From contig CAVPSB010000037.1 of the NCBI GenBank assembly GCA_963708025.1, positions 1 through 64,000 on the forward strand: a DNA stretch of 64,000 bases, written 5' to 3'. Under the pieces are notes generated by a model. The model saw only the letters and a program-made list of their open reading frames with translations, did no database searches and was not told the DNA's origin. The DNA is from an uncultured Candidatus Rokubacteria bacterium (GTDB taxonomy: Bacteria > Methylomirabilota > Methylomirabilia > Rokubacteriales > DASRDR01). The stretch's first letter is position 1, and every line of letters begins with the position of its first letter. The translations under genes and the position numbers were made by a program. Of this stretch, positions 11,055-20,766 are shown in pieces.

Positions 11055-11840
11055 GTGACCGCCCGCGGTCCCGGCCCCGACGAGGCCCAGGCCCGGCTGA
11101 TCGACACCGTCCGGAGCTGGATCGCCGCGGCGCGTCGGATCGTCGTGCTCACCGGCGCCGGCATCTCGACGGACTCCGGCATCCCGGATTTTCGCGGCCC
11201 CCAGGGTGTCTGGACGAAGAACCCGGAGGCCGAGAAGCTGGCGACCATCCAGCACTACGTGGCCGACCCCGAGATCCGGAAGCGCGCCTGGCGTACCCGC
11301 GTGGACTCGGGCGCCTGGCAGGCGGGACCCAACGCCGGCCACCTGGCGCTGGTGGCCCTCGAACGCCGCGGGATCCTCGACACGCTCATCACCCAGAACG
11401 TGGACGGCCTGCACGGGCTGGCCGGCTCCTCGCCCGGGCGCGTGATCGAGATCCACGGCACGATCCGCGCGGTGGTGTGCCTGGACTGCGGCGAGCGGGC
11501 GCCCACCGAGCGACTGCTGGCCCGGCTGAGGGACGGCGAGGAGGATCCGCCCTGCCGCTCGTGCGGCGGTATCCTGAAGACGGCCACCATCTCGTTCGGC
11601 CAGGCCCTGGTCCCCGAGGACCTGAGACGGGCCGAGGCCGCCGCGCGCCGGGCGGACCTGCTGCTGGCCGTCGGCACCAAGCTCTCGGTGTGGCCGATCG
11701 CCGGCGTGGTGCCGGTGGCGAAGGAAGCCCACGCCCGGGTGGTGATCGTCAACGCGGAGCCCACCGAGATGGACGGGCTCGCCGACGCCGTCCTGCGCGG
11801 CTCGATCAGCGACCTGCTCCCGCGCCTCGTCGGAGACTAG
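11055..11840 (+). CDS. Sir2-family NAD-dependent protein deacylase
   Basis: LTGAGISTDSGIPDFRGP, ITQNVDGLH, IEIHGT, CxxC...CxxC zinc site, VGTKL. Confidence 0.95.
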   Translation: MTARGPGPDEAQARLIDTVRSWIAAARRIVVLTGAGISTDSGIPDFRGPQGVWTKNPEAEKLATIQHYVADPEIRKRAWRTRVDSGAWQAGPNAGHLALVALERRGILDTLITQNVDGLHGLAGSSPGRVIEIHGTIRAVVCLDCGERAPTERLLARLRDGEEDPPCRSCGGILKTATISFGQALVPEDLRRAEAAARRADLLLAVGTKLSVWPIAGVVPVAKEAHARVVIVNAEPTEMDGLADAVLRGSISDLLPRLVGD

Positions 11841-11996
11841 CGCGCCTCGTTACCGGCCCGCGTCGCCCGGTCCCACCGGGTTCCGTCGGCCGGTCCGGCG
11901 CCAGCCGACGTCGGTCGAGCACTCGACCACGCGGAGGTGTATCGTGAAGCCGTGTCTCGACATCGAGTCCAGGGGCGCCGATTCCAGGAGGGAGTC

Positions 11997-12596
11997 ATGC
12001 GGAACGTGACGGCAGGGCTGATCGTGAGCGGGATGCTGGTGGGGCTGGCCGGGGCCACGTGGGCGGACGCGCCCCGGGTGGCGCAGGCGACGGGGGCGCC
12101 GAAGGCGATGCCGGGCAAGGCGGTGGCGAGCTCGGTGAAGGTCCGGGGGACGATCGACGCCATCGACAAGGAGAAGGGCACGGTCACTCTGAAGGGGCCC
12201 AAGGGCCGTACCGTCACCCTCGAGGTCAGGGACCCGTCGAAGCTCGAGGCAATCAAGGTGGGAGATCCGGTCGTGGCCACTTACATGGAGGCGGTGGCCT
12301 TCCAGGTCCGGAAGGCGGGGACCGCGGCGCCCGGCGCCAGCGTGCAGGAGGCCCGGGTCGGCTCCAAGCCGGGCGAGAACCCGGCCGGGGCCGTCGGCCG
12401 CGAGGTCACGGTGACCGCGACCATCACCGCGATCGACAAGAAGGCGAAGACCGTCACCCTCAAGGGTCCTCAGGGCAATAGCGAGACCGTCAAGGTCCAG
12501 GACCCGAAGAACCTCGAGGGCGTCAAGGCGGGCGACCTGGTCGACATCACCTACACCCAGGCCCTCGCCGTCGCGCTCGACAAGCCGGCGAAGTAG
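11997..12596 (+). CDS. Exported protein with two tandem ~55-aa beta-rich repeats
   Basis: Signal peptide; repeats TIDAIDKEKGTVTLKGPKG...IKVGDPVVATY and TITAIDKKAKTVTLKGPQG...VKAGDLVDITY; GGAG SD. Confidence 0.8.
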   Translation: MRNVTAGLIVSGMLVGLAGATWADAPRVAQATGAPKAMPGKAVASSVKVRGTIDAIDKEKGTVTLKGPKGRTVTLEVRDPSKLEAIKVGDPVVATYMEAVAFQVRKAGTAAPGASVQEARVGSKPGENPAGAVGREVTVTATITAIDKKAKTVTLKGPQGNSETVKVQDPKNLEGVKAGDLVDITYTQALAVALDKPAK

Positions 12597-12793
12597 CCGG
12601 GCTCGGCCTGCCGTCGGCCCTCGCCCCGGGGACGGGCGTGCGGTATGCCGCCTCGGCGCCGGCGGCCGGGGTGGGCGGACTACCCGGTGCGGCGGTGGAG
12701 GACCTCTGCTTGATCAGGGCCGCCACGGGCCGGGGTTGCCGGGCAGGGACCGGCGAGCGAGGAGAAGGGGCATCGTCATGACTACCGCCCCGC

Positions 12794-13297
12794 TCACGGC
12801 CCGATCGCCCGGCGGTAGTCCTCGAAGAACTCCGCAACCAGCGCGTCCGTGAGCGGGATGACCCCGGAGCCCGACCGGTGCCAGGGCACCCGGACGGGGC
12901 GCTCCGCCTGCCAGACGATCGCGCGCACGGGCCCGGCCACCCCTGGCACCGTCACCGCGCGCTCCACCGCGAGACGGACGAAGCCGAGCCCATAATGCCC
13001 CGAGAACGGCAGGTAGAAGCCCCGCAGCTCGGTCGCGCTCACCCGGTGGATCGAGACCGTCAGCCGGAGCGTGTCGGAGCTGCCGGGATCGACGGCGAGG
13101 GCCGGTCAACCGGCGCGCAGGGCGGCATCCAGGCGGCCCACCAGCTCCTCGGCGGCCACGCCGGGGTGATCGGGGGACACGACGACCTCGAGCGCCAGCC
13201 GATCGAGCGCCCCGAGGCCGGCGGCCGGCGCCTGCGTCGCTGCCGCGATCAGCAGCGCTGCGAGCAGCAATGGGAGGATCGTCCGTGTCGGGTACAA
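12794..13297 (-). pseudogene. Exported hypothetical protein interrupted by an in-frame TGA at 13106..13108 (start uncertain)
   Basis: ORFs 13106..13402 and 12794..13042 share a frame: ...LDAALRAG*PALAVDPGSSDTLRLTVSIHRVSATELRGFYLPFSG...; signal-peptide-like N-terminus. Confidence 0.55.
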
Positions 13298-13724
13298 CAG
13301 GTGAGTCCCAACGCAAGGCGTGACCGGGCGCGGCCTCCCGTCCCGGACGGTCCCGCCGGGAGGACCGGATGGCGCCTTCGCCTCGGCTAGACTAGCCGGC
13401 ATTCGAGATGAGCGTCCCAGCGTTCCGTGTTCGCCGGTGTACGCGGCTGCGAGCAGTGACGGCTGGTTACACGAACGACCGGGCGCAATAATACCAAGGA
13501 TGCGGCGAACGAGGCGAGGTCAGCGATGACGCCGCCCGGACGAGGCGATGCAGCGGACGAAGCGTGGCCCGACTGGACACGATGAAGCGCCACGACCGAT
13601 CGAACCGGGCGATCCCGGGGAAGCCCTTCGGCGAGCTGGCGGCGGTGCCGAAGGATGCGGCGCCGTTGCCCGGCGAGGTGGCGCCACGCCCCCGGCTGCG
13701 CCCGGCGCTGACGACGGATTGCCG

Positions 13725-14297
13725 GTGACGGCCCCCGCGCCGCGCCTGCTCTCCACGCCCGACCTGGTCGGCGAGCTGCTGCGCCTCGCCGACCGAGGGT
13801 TTCCCCGGGACGACGTCCACCGCCTGCTCGCGACGACGCGCCTCGAGCCCGCCTCGCTCGATCGCCACGTCCGCTTCGCGCCGGGGCGATACACCCGGCA
13901 CCTGGTGCACAAGAGCCCGGAGGTCGAGGTCCTCGTCCTGTGTTGGGCGCGGGGCAGCCGGGCCCCGATCCATGGTCACGAGGGGGAGCTGTGCTGGGCG
14001 CGGGTTGAGCGCGGGGCGCTGCGCTTTGCGAGCTGGCGGGAGGTATCGCGGACCCCGCTCCGGGTCATCCCGGTGGGCGAGCCGGTGCAGGGCGGTCCCG
14101 GTCACCTCGACGGCCCGGCCGAGCTCCACTCGGTCGAGAACCCGGCGGCGCTGGACCAGGATGCCGTGAGCCTCCACGTCTACTCGAAGCCGTACGACGA
14201 GTGCGACATCTACGATGTGGAGCGAGGTGAGGTACGGCGGGTCCGCCTCCGGTACGACTCGGTCGCGCACCTCGAGCCCCCCGACAGAGGCGCCTGA
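13725..14297 (+). CDS. Cysteine dioxygenase-family (thiol dioxygenase) cupin
   Basis: YTRHLV, VLCWARGSRAPIHGH (HxH), LHSVEN, AVSLHVYSKP; start uncertain (GTG 13725). Confidence 0.88.
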   Translation: MTAPAPRLLSTPDLVGELLRLADRGFPRDDVHRLLATTRLEPASLDRHVRFAPGRYTRHLVHKSPEVEVLVLCWARGSRAPIHGHEGELCWARVERGALRFASWREVSRTPLRVIPVGEPVQGGPGHLDGPAELHSVENPAALDQDAVSLHVYSKPYDECDIYDVERGEVRRVRLRYDSVAHLEPPDRGA

Positions 14298-14578
14298 GAC
14301 GGCCACCTCTGGAGCAGCGCCCCGCTCGCCGCGGTGACGGGCTCGAGCCGGGCGGCGCCGCCCGTCGCCGAGCGAGCACGACCCACGAATCCAGAGAGAC
14401 ACGCGTCTCTTCGGCAATCCGTCCCAGCCGGAGACTCTGCCATCGTACTGCCCCTTCTTGAGCGCGACCGCCCAGAACACGGCGGGCGATGGCGCTCATC
14501 CTGACCTCCCGTGCTTGGCCGAGTCTGGGGCGTTGGACCGGGTCGGGCGGGGTGACCGCGGCCTGGCTGCACCTTACA

Positions 14579-14857
14579 ATGGTGCGACGGAAGGAGTTCA
14601 AGTCGAAGTCGGACCACAACGGCAGCAAGGGCGACACCGGCATGTACGTGGTGAAGGCGGTGACGGACAAGATGGGCAAGCTCGACAAGAAGGGCCTCGC
14701 CCAGGCGATCAAGAGCTCCTGCTTCAGCGCCGAGCAGACGCCGGGGCTGCTGATGGACGTGTGCTTCGACGACGAGGGCGACATCGACCGCCTGGTCGAG
14801 GTGAAGGGCGGCAAGCAGGTGGTGGTGGAGACGCTGCTCCCGCCAGGGAAAAAGTAG
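14579..14857 (+). pseudogene. C-terminal fragment of a LivK-like (branched-chain amino acid type) substrate-binding protein
   Basis: SDHNGSKGDTGMYVVKAVTDKMGKLD...LLMDVCFDDEGDIDR...VKGGKQVVVETL resembles the C-terminus of this family; no N-terminal part or signal peptide. Confidence 0.6.
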
Positions 14858-15628
14858 TTGAAAAGGAAGGTCGGGCTGGCGGCACTGACTTGCATCGAGT
14901 TGGCGCCGCCGGACCTCGTTTCCGCCGCGGCCGGTGCCGGCTACGACTACGTCGGCCTGCGGCTGATCCCGGTGGCGGGACAGACGTTGCCGGTGTTCGA
15001 GCAGCGCGACCTGGAGCGCCGCCTCGCCGACACCGGGGTCCGCGTTCTCGATGTCGAAGTGTTTCGTCTCTCTCCAGACGCCAACATCAATGAGTTCGAG
15101 CCAGCCATGGCCGTCGCCGCCCGCCTGTCGGCCACCGAGCTCCTGGTCCATGGTGCCGACCCGGACGAGGGCAGGCTGGTCGAATCCTTCTCGCGGCTTT
15201 GGGAGCTTGCGGCCCGCTACGGCCTGAACGCGAATCTCGAACCGATGCCCTGGGTCGAAGTCTCGACCGTGGCGAAGGCGAAGCGGATCATCAATGCTGC
15301 ACGTAAGAAGAACGCCGCGATTCTGGTGGACGCGATCCATTTCTACCGCGCCGACAATAGCCTCGACGAGCTGAAAGGCGCCCCGCTGCGCTACATGCAG
15401 CTTTGCGACGCGCATCCCGGGCGCCCGACGGAAGTGCAGGAGCTCATGCGCCAGGCGCGCGGCGACCGGCTGTTTCCCGGCGAGGGCGCGCTCGACCTGC
15501 GCGGGCTGATGCGCGCGCTACCCGCCGACCTGCCGTTGAGCCTCGAAGTGCCGATCGCGCGGAAGATCGAGCCGTTCGAACGTGCCAGGCTCGCTTTGGA
15601 AGCGACCAAGAGATTCCTGGGTGAATGA
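14858..15628 (+). CDS. Sugar phosphate isomerase/epimerase (AP endonuclease 2 TIM barrel)
   Basis: AAGAGYDYVGLRL, NLEPMPW, ILVDAIHF, MQLCDA, RLFPGEGALDL, LSLEVP. Confidence 0.88.
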   Translation: MKRKVGLAALTCIELAPPDLVSAAAGAGYDYVGLRLIPVAGQTLPVFEQRDLERRLADTGVRVLDVEVFRLSPDANINEFEPAMAVAARLSATELLVHGADPDEGRLVESFSRLWELAARYGLNANLEPMPWVEVSTVAKAKRIINAARKKNAAILVDAIHFYRADNSLDELKGAPLRYMQLCDAHPGRPTEVQELMRQARGDRLFPGEGALDLRGLMRALPADLPLSLEVPIARKIEPFERARLALEATKRFLGE

Positions 15629-15814
15629 GGGGAGGACTCGCAGGCAAACCCGCGGACGTCACCGGCTATCGCTGAGCGGCCCCTTCTGGCGTCGTGACGA
15701 CGGCCCTCTGGGCGCCCGGCGCGTCCGCTGATTGGGCATCACGATTGCCGGGGAGCTCTGATGCGGATGAGAATCCCGCCGGATTCGCGCTCGAAGCGAG
15801 CGGGGGGGTAGGGC

Positions 15815-15976
15815 ATGGGAGTGTGGACGCCCGAGGGCTATCTCGAAGCCCTCCGGTTTGCAGCCGAGGCGCACGCAGGGCAGACCGTGCCGGGCACCAA
15901 CCTGCCGTACCTCCTCCACGTCACCTCGGTGGCCATGGAGGTCATCGCTGCTCTGCGGACGGAGGCTGGGCGGTAG
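15815..15976 (+). pseudogene. N-terminal fragment of an HD-domain (RelA/SpoT hydrolase/Mesh1-like) protein
   Basis: Own translation (53 aa, below ORF cutoff): MGVWTPEGYLEALRFAAEAHAGQTVPGTNLPYLLHVTSVAMEVIAALRTEAGR*. FA..AH.GQ...PY..H motif; stops before the HD motif. Confidence 0.75.
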
Positions 15977-16182
15977 CCGCCAGCATTGCCGGCAGCGATC
16001 ACCGCGCCCGGGTCGGTGACGATCCGAACCGTGTCTGCCCATGTGGGCGCTCTGTATCGGAGCGAATAGATCCTCCTCCTCGTGAGAGTTTGGGCCGTCA
16101 GGGCCCCAGATCGGGCCCGGCCAGCCTCACCAATACGACGCCGGTGCCTGGCCCGAATCGACATTCGCCGGATGCGTTCCGC

Positions 16183-16197
16183 TGGTAGGATACGCGC
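16183..16197 (+). promoter_or_regulatory. Extended -10 (TGgTAGGAT) 6 nt before ATG; probable leaderless promoter
   Basis: TG-n-TAGGAT then ACGCGC then ATG 16198, with no SD. Confidence 0.5.
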
Positions 16198-17142
16198 ATG
16201 CCGGCCGGCGCCGTCGATCGCATCCGCGTCACCACCGTCGTCGACAACTACATCGACAACCTGCGCCAGGACGACGCGGTAGCCCGCCGGTACAGCGCGT
16301 TCGTGGCTGGGAAGATGCCGGATCTTCGGGCCGAGCACGGCCTCGCCCACATGGTCGAGGTCACCCGGGGCGGCGACCGGTTCACGATGGCCCTCGACTT
16401 CGGGCTTACGCCCGACACGATGAACCACAATTTCCGCGAGCTGGCGCTCGATCCGGCGGCGATCGACGCGCTCGCCCTCTCCCACGGCCACCGCGACCAT
16501 TGGGGCGGGCTGACCGGCTTCCTGCACGGGTGGCGGCGGCGGCTCCGCAGAGACTTGGCCTTCTACGGCGGCGTCGATCACTTCAGGCCCCGCTGGCAGC
16601 AGCGGGGGGAGCGCCGGGTCTACAGCGGCCGCCTGTCCCGAGACGAGATCGAGCGGTACGAGATCGACGTGCGGCTAGTCGCCCAGCCGACGCCGATCGC
16701 CGAGGGCTTGTGGCTCTCGGGCGAGATGCACGCCACCGAGGAGTGGGAGACCATTCCGTCGAATCTCCGCGTCGAGGAGGAAGGCGAGCTCCTCCAGGAC
16801 ACGTTCATCGGCGAGCAGAGCCTCGTGGCCAACGTGCGCGACCGTGGCCTCGTCGTGGTCACGTCGTGCTCGCACCGGGGCATCGTCGGCATCTGCCGCA
16901 ACGCCGTCCGCTTCACCGGGGTTCCGCGGGTGCACGCCGTCATCGGCGGCTTCCACCTGAGCGGTCTCGACGACGCGCGCATCACGCGGGTCGTCGACGC
17001 CTTTCGTGGCCTCGACGTGGAGCACATCGTGCCGCAGCACTGCACCGGCATCGAGGCCATCTGCGCGGTCATGCAACGGCTGCCCGGGCGCTTCACCGCC
17101 AGCTCGGTCGGCACCACGTTCGAGTTCGCAGCGCCCAACTGA
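16198..17142 (+). CDS. MBL-fold metallo-hydrolase (MJ0448/DHPS-like subgroup)
   Basis: TTVVDN, AEHGLA, DFG, LSHGHRDHWGGL, SCSHRGIV, IGGFHL, PQHCTG. Confidence 0.9.
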   Translation: MPAGAVDRIRVTTVVDNYIDNLRQDDAVARRYSAFVAGKMPDLRAEHGLAHMVEVTRGGDRFTMALDFGLTPDTMNHNFRELALDPAAIDALALSHGHRDHWGGLTGFLHGWRRRLRRDLAFYGGVDHFRPRWQQRGERRVYSGRLSRDEIERYEIDVRLVAQPTPIAEGLWLSGEMHATEEWETIPSNLRVEEEGELLQDTFIGEQSLVANVRDRGLVVVTSCSHRGIVGICRNAVRFTGVPRVHAVIGGFHLSGLDDARITRVVDAFRGLDVEHIVPQHCTGIEAICAVMQRLPGRFTASSVGTTFEFAAPN

Positions 17143-17185
17143 CATTTACAGCGCACACCACCACGCCAACCAGGAGGGATCGACC

Positions 17186-17389
17186 TTGGGCGAGCCGAAG
17201 CAGCTCTTCAGCGCAAGCCTGGCCCAGGACGCCGTCTACAAGACCGGTCTGCGCAGCTTCATGGAGTACCGCGACCTCGGCATCGAGAAGGCCACGCATG
17301 GCAAGTTCCGGGCCCACACCATCCGGATCAAGAAGGAGTCGGCCGGCAACCACGGGCTGCACACGACCGGCCTGCACCAGCACAACTGC
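17186..17389 (+). pseudogene. Cupin-domain protein, N-terminal fragment
   Basis: AGGAGG SD plus TTG; GLRSFMEYRDLGIEKATHGKFRAHTIR...TTGLHQHNC; similarity ends right after the first HxH. Confidence 0.65.
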
Positions 17390-17577
17390 CTAGCCGCCCA
17401 GGACAGCTCACCGACGTGGTCGCTGGAGGCCATGACGAGCTTCAGGTCCACGCCGGCCTGGCGGCCCGCTAGCGCCGCCGGCGTGGCGATCCTGGCTGCG
17501 CCTCACAATGGTGCTACGATACCCGTCCAGGGCCGGTCTCGGGCTTCCGGAAACCCGTGGCGCAAGGGGGGTCGGCG

Positions 17578-18072
17578 ATGAGGATCGTCCAGGGCGACGC
17601 GGTCCCGTTCGAGGAGCGCAAGCACCAGCACCGCCAGGGCACCTTTCGCTTCCGGCGGCTGCTCGAGGGGGAGCCGGGCTCGCCCGGCAACTTCTACTTC
17701 TCTGAGCCGATCATGATGGAGCCCGAGCACTTCGCGTGGGTGCCGGTGGAGGGCGAGCCCGGGGTCTCGGAGAAGCTCCTCGGGGTCTTCACCGAGCGAC
17801 GCACCGAGGCGGGGTTGCTCTGGGTCGAGCCCGGGGCCCGCCACCGGGCCCGCGGGCGGCGGATCTACCTCGTCGTGTCCGGAAGCGGGCGCGTCGGGGG
17901 GGAGCCCTTCCGCGCGTACACCACCGTCCTCCTCGAGCGCGGCGAGACGGCGGACTTCTCGAGCGAGGAGACCGCGGAGATCCTGTTCCTCGGCCTGCCC
18001 CGGGTCGAGCGCCTGGCCGAGGCGGCGGTCGCCGCGGAGCGCCGCGAGCCGGCCGGGCAGCCCGCGAGCTGA
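17578..18072 (+). CDS. Cupin-like hypothetical protein, probably internally deleted
   Basis: N-terminus HRQGTFRFRRLLEGEPGSPGNF joined directly to PIMMEPEHFAWVPV...EKLLGVFTER. From recall, relatives carry a longer middle with a PRHRHNFDQ motif (unchecked). Confidence 0.55.
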   Translation: MRIVQGDAVPFEERKHQHRQGTFRFRRLLEGEPGSPGNFYFSEPIMMEPEHFAWVPVEGEPGVSEKLLGVFTERRTEAGLLWVEPGARHRARGRRIYLVVSGSGRVGGEPFRAYTTVLLERGETADFSSEETAEILFLGLPRVERLAEAAVAAERREPAGQPAS

Positions 18073-18100
18073 CGAGAAGCATCGCGCTCCCGGAGGATCC

Positions 18101-19489
18101 GTGAAGACGGCGGCCGAGCGGCTGGCGGCGTTCGCGACGGAGCTCGCCTACGAGGCGATCCCGCCCGACGTCGTCGAGACGGCCAAGCTCCACCTCCTCG
18201 ACACGCTGGGGTGTGGCCTCGCCGCGCACGGGCTCGACGTCGCGACCGCGGGGCGGGCAGTGGCGGCCGAGATGGGGGGCACGCCGGAGGCGACGGCGAT
18301 CGGCCTCGCCCGCCGGCTGCCGGCGGCGCAGGCGGCGCTGGCCAACGGCATGCTGTGCCACGGCCTCGACTTCGACGACACGCACGCCGACGCCGTCTGC
18401 CACGTGAGCGTCGTCGTCGGGCCGGCGGCGCTCGCGGTCGGCGAGGCGCGGGGCGCGCCGGGCCGGGACGTCGTCGCTGCCCTCGTCGGCGGCAACGAGA
18501 TCGTGGCGCGCCTCGGCATGGCCGCCGGCGGCCTCTTCCACCGCCGCGGCTTCCACCCGACCGGTGTCTGCGGCGTGTTCGGCGCCACCGCGGCCGCCGC
18601 GCGGCTCGACGGCCTCGATGACCGGGCCGCCGCCCGCGCCCTCGGCATCGCCGGGAGCCTGGCCTCGGGCCTCCTCGCCTTTCTCGAGGACGGCTCGCCG
18701 ACCAAGCCGATCCATCCGGGCTGGGCGGCCCACGGCGCGGTCATGGCGGCGCGCCTGGTCGCCCACGGGGCCGCCGGCCCCGCGGCCGTCCTCGAGGGCC
18801 GCTACGGGCTCTACGACGCCTTCGTCGGCCAGGACGGCCGGGCCCTCGAGCGCGAGCTCGCCGACCTGGGCGCCCGGTGGGAGACCCGGCGGATCGCCTG
18901 CAAGCCCTATCCCGCCTGCCACTACGTGCACGGCGTGCTCGGGGCCGTCCGGGAGGCGACCGGCAGCCAGGCGCTGGCGCCCGACGAGATCGTGGAGGTC
19001 GTCGTCACCGTCCCCGAGGCGAGCGTGCCGATCGTGCTCGAGCCGGCCGCGGCGAAGGTCGCGCCCCGGACCGAGTACGAGGGGAAGTTCTCGCTCCCGT
19101 ACTCGACGGCGGCGATGCTCGTGCACGGGACCGTCGGGGTGGCGACCTACACGGAGAAGGCGATCGGTGACCCGGTGGTCCTCGAGGTCGCGCGGCGCGT
19201 CCGCTACGAGACCCGGCCCTACCCGACCGCGGCGCGCGCGTTCCCCGGGGGCATCCGGATCCGCCTCCGGGATGGCCGCACGCTGGAGGCGGACTGCCCG
19301 TACCAGAAGGGCGCCCCCGAGAACCCGCTCTCGCCGGCGGAGGTCGTGACGAAGTTTCGCGGGAACGCCGGGCTCGCGCTCCCGCCCGCGGCGGTGGCGG
19401 CGCTCGAGGCTGCCGTCCTCGACCTCGAGGGCGTTGGCGATCTTCCTGCGGCGCTCGCGCCCCTCCGCGACGCCATCCGGATCCGGTGA
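18101..19489 (+). CDS. MmgE/PrpD family protein
   Basis: LLDTLGCGLA, ALANGMLCHGLDFDDTH, RGFHPTGVCG, TKPIHPGWAA, KPYPACH, KFSLPY, GAPENPLS. Confidence 0.95.
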   Translation: MKTAAERLAAFATELAYEAIPPDVVETAKLHLLDTLGCGLAAHGLDVATAGRAVAAEMGGTPEATAIGLARRLPAAQAALANGMLCHGLDFDDTHADAVCHVSVVVGPAALAVGEARGAPGRDVVAALVGGNEIVARLGMAAGGLFHRRGFHPTGVCGVFGATAAAARLDGLDDRAAARALGIAGSLASGLLAFLEDGSPTKPIHPGWAAHGAVMAARLVAHGAAGPAAVLEGRYGLYDAFVGQDGRALERELADLGARWETRRIACKPYPACHYVHGVLGAVREATGSQALAPDEIVEVVVTVPEASVPIVLEPAAAKVAPRTEYEGKFSLPYSTAAMLVHGTVGVATYTEKAIGDPVVLEVARRVRYETRPYPTAARAFPGGIRIRLRDGRTLEADCPYQKGAPENPLSPAEVVTKFRGNAGLALPPAAVAALEAAVLDLEGVGDLPAALAPLRDAIRIR

Positions 19490-19510
19490 GAGACGGCCTA
19501 GTCATCAGCC

Positions 19511-19544
19511 GCTCCGGCTGGGCGGTGGGCGGGAGGTCCCGAAC
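19511..19544 (+). repeat. Intergenic modular repeat, core-less copy (CTCCGGCT...GGTGGGCGGGAGGTCCCGAA)
   Basis: Shares left and right arms with the copies at 21924 and 23070; GGAGG serves as SD of the CoA-transferase. Confidence 0.5.
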
Positions 19545-20753
19545 GTGAGGCCGCTCGCGGACGTCCGCATCCTCGCGCTCGAGCAGTACGGCGCCGGCCC
19601 GTTCGGGACACTCCACCTCGCCGACCTGGGCGCCGAGGTCATCAAGATCGAGGAGCCCACGACCGGCGGAGACGTCTCCCGCTACGTGCCGCCCGGCCAG
19701 GCGGGCGAGGACAGCCTCTTCTTCGAGACCTTCAACCGCAACAAGCGGAGCCTGTCGCTCGACCTCGGGACCGCGGCCGGCCGGCGGGTCTTCGAGGACC
19801 TGGTGCGCGTCTCCGACGTCGTGTACTCGAACCTCCGGGGCGACGTCCCGGGGCGGCTCCGCATCCGGTACGCGGACCTCCGGTCCCTGAACCCGGCGAT
19901 CGTCTGCTGCTCGCTCTCGGGGTTCGGCATGACCGGCCCCCGCCGGAGCGAGCCGGCCTACGACTACCTCCTCCAGGGGCTGGCCGGCTGGATGAGCCTC
20001 ACCGGCGAGCCCGACGGGCCGCCGACCAAGTCGGGGCTGTCGCTGGTGGACTACTGCGGCGGCTTCGTCGGCGCGCTGGCCGTCCTGGCCGGGGTCCACG
20101 CCGCGCGGCGCGACGGCGTGGGCATGGACTGCGACCTCGCCCTCTTTGACACCGCGGTGAGCCTCCTCACGTACGTGGGGACCTGGTATCTCACCGCCGG
20201 CGTCGAGCCGAGGCGCGCCCCCCACTCCGCCCATCCCTCGCTGGTGCCCTTCCAGAACTTCCAGACGGCCGACGGCTGGATCGTGGTGGCCTGCCCCAAG
20301 GAGAAGTTCTGGCGGCGTCTCTGCGAGGCGATCGGCCAGCCCGGGCTGGCCGACGACCCGCGCTTCGCCGACTTCGCCGCCCGGCACGCCCACGCCGGCG
20401 AGCTGCGGGATCTCCTGGGCAAGGCCTTCGCGGCGGCGGCCTCGGCCGAGTGGCTCGAGCGCCTCGCGGCTGGCGGCGTGCCGTGCGCCCCGGTGCACTC
20501 GGTCGCGGAGGCCCTGGCCGACCCGCAGACGGTGGCGCGAGGCCTCGTGGTGGAGACGGCCCACCCGCGCTTCGGCACGGTGCGGCAGCTCCGGAGCCCC
20601 GTCCGCGTCGGCGGCGAGCCCCCGCCCGACCGGCGGGCCCCGCGGCGCCACGAGGACGGCGACGGACTCCTGGCGGCGCTGCTCGGCTACGACCGCGACC
20701 GGATCGCCACCCTCGCGGCCGGCGGCGCCTTCGGCGTTCCGCCGCCCGCGTGA
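19545..20753 (+). CDS. CaiB/BaiF family (class III) CoA-transferase
   Basis: AGPFGTLHLADLGAEVIKIE, NRNKRSLSLDL, SLSGFGMTGP, AYDYLLQGLAGWMSLTGEPDGPP. Confidence 0.95.
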   Translation: MRPLADVRILALEQYGAGPFGTLHLADLGAEVIKIEEPTTGGDVSRYVPPGQAGEDSLFFETFNRNKRSLSLDLGTAAGRRVFEDLVRVSDVVYSNLRGDVPGRLRIRYADLRSLNPAIVCCSLSGFGMTGPRRSEPAYDYLLQGLAGWMSLTGEPDGPPTKSGLSLVDYCGGFVGALAVLAGVHAARRDGVGMDCDLALFDTAVSLLTYVGTWYLTAGVEPRRAPHSAHPSLVPFQNFQTADGWIVVACPKEKFWRRLCEAIGQPGLADDPRFADFAARHAHAGELRDLLGKAFAAAASAEWLERLAAGGVPCAPVHSVAEALADPQTVARGLVVETAHPRFGTVRQLRSPVRVGGEPPPDRRAPRRHEDGDGLLAALLGYDRDRIATLAAGGAFGVPPPA

Positions 20754-20766
20754 CGGAGTCGAGCCC

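Noticed and set aside
13106-13108. Selenocysteine recoding of the in-frame TGA
   Set aside because: No redox-motif context and no recognisable SECIS; the protein looks like a non-enzymatic exported protein.
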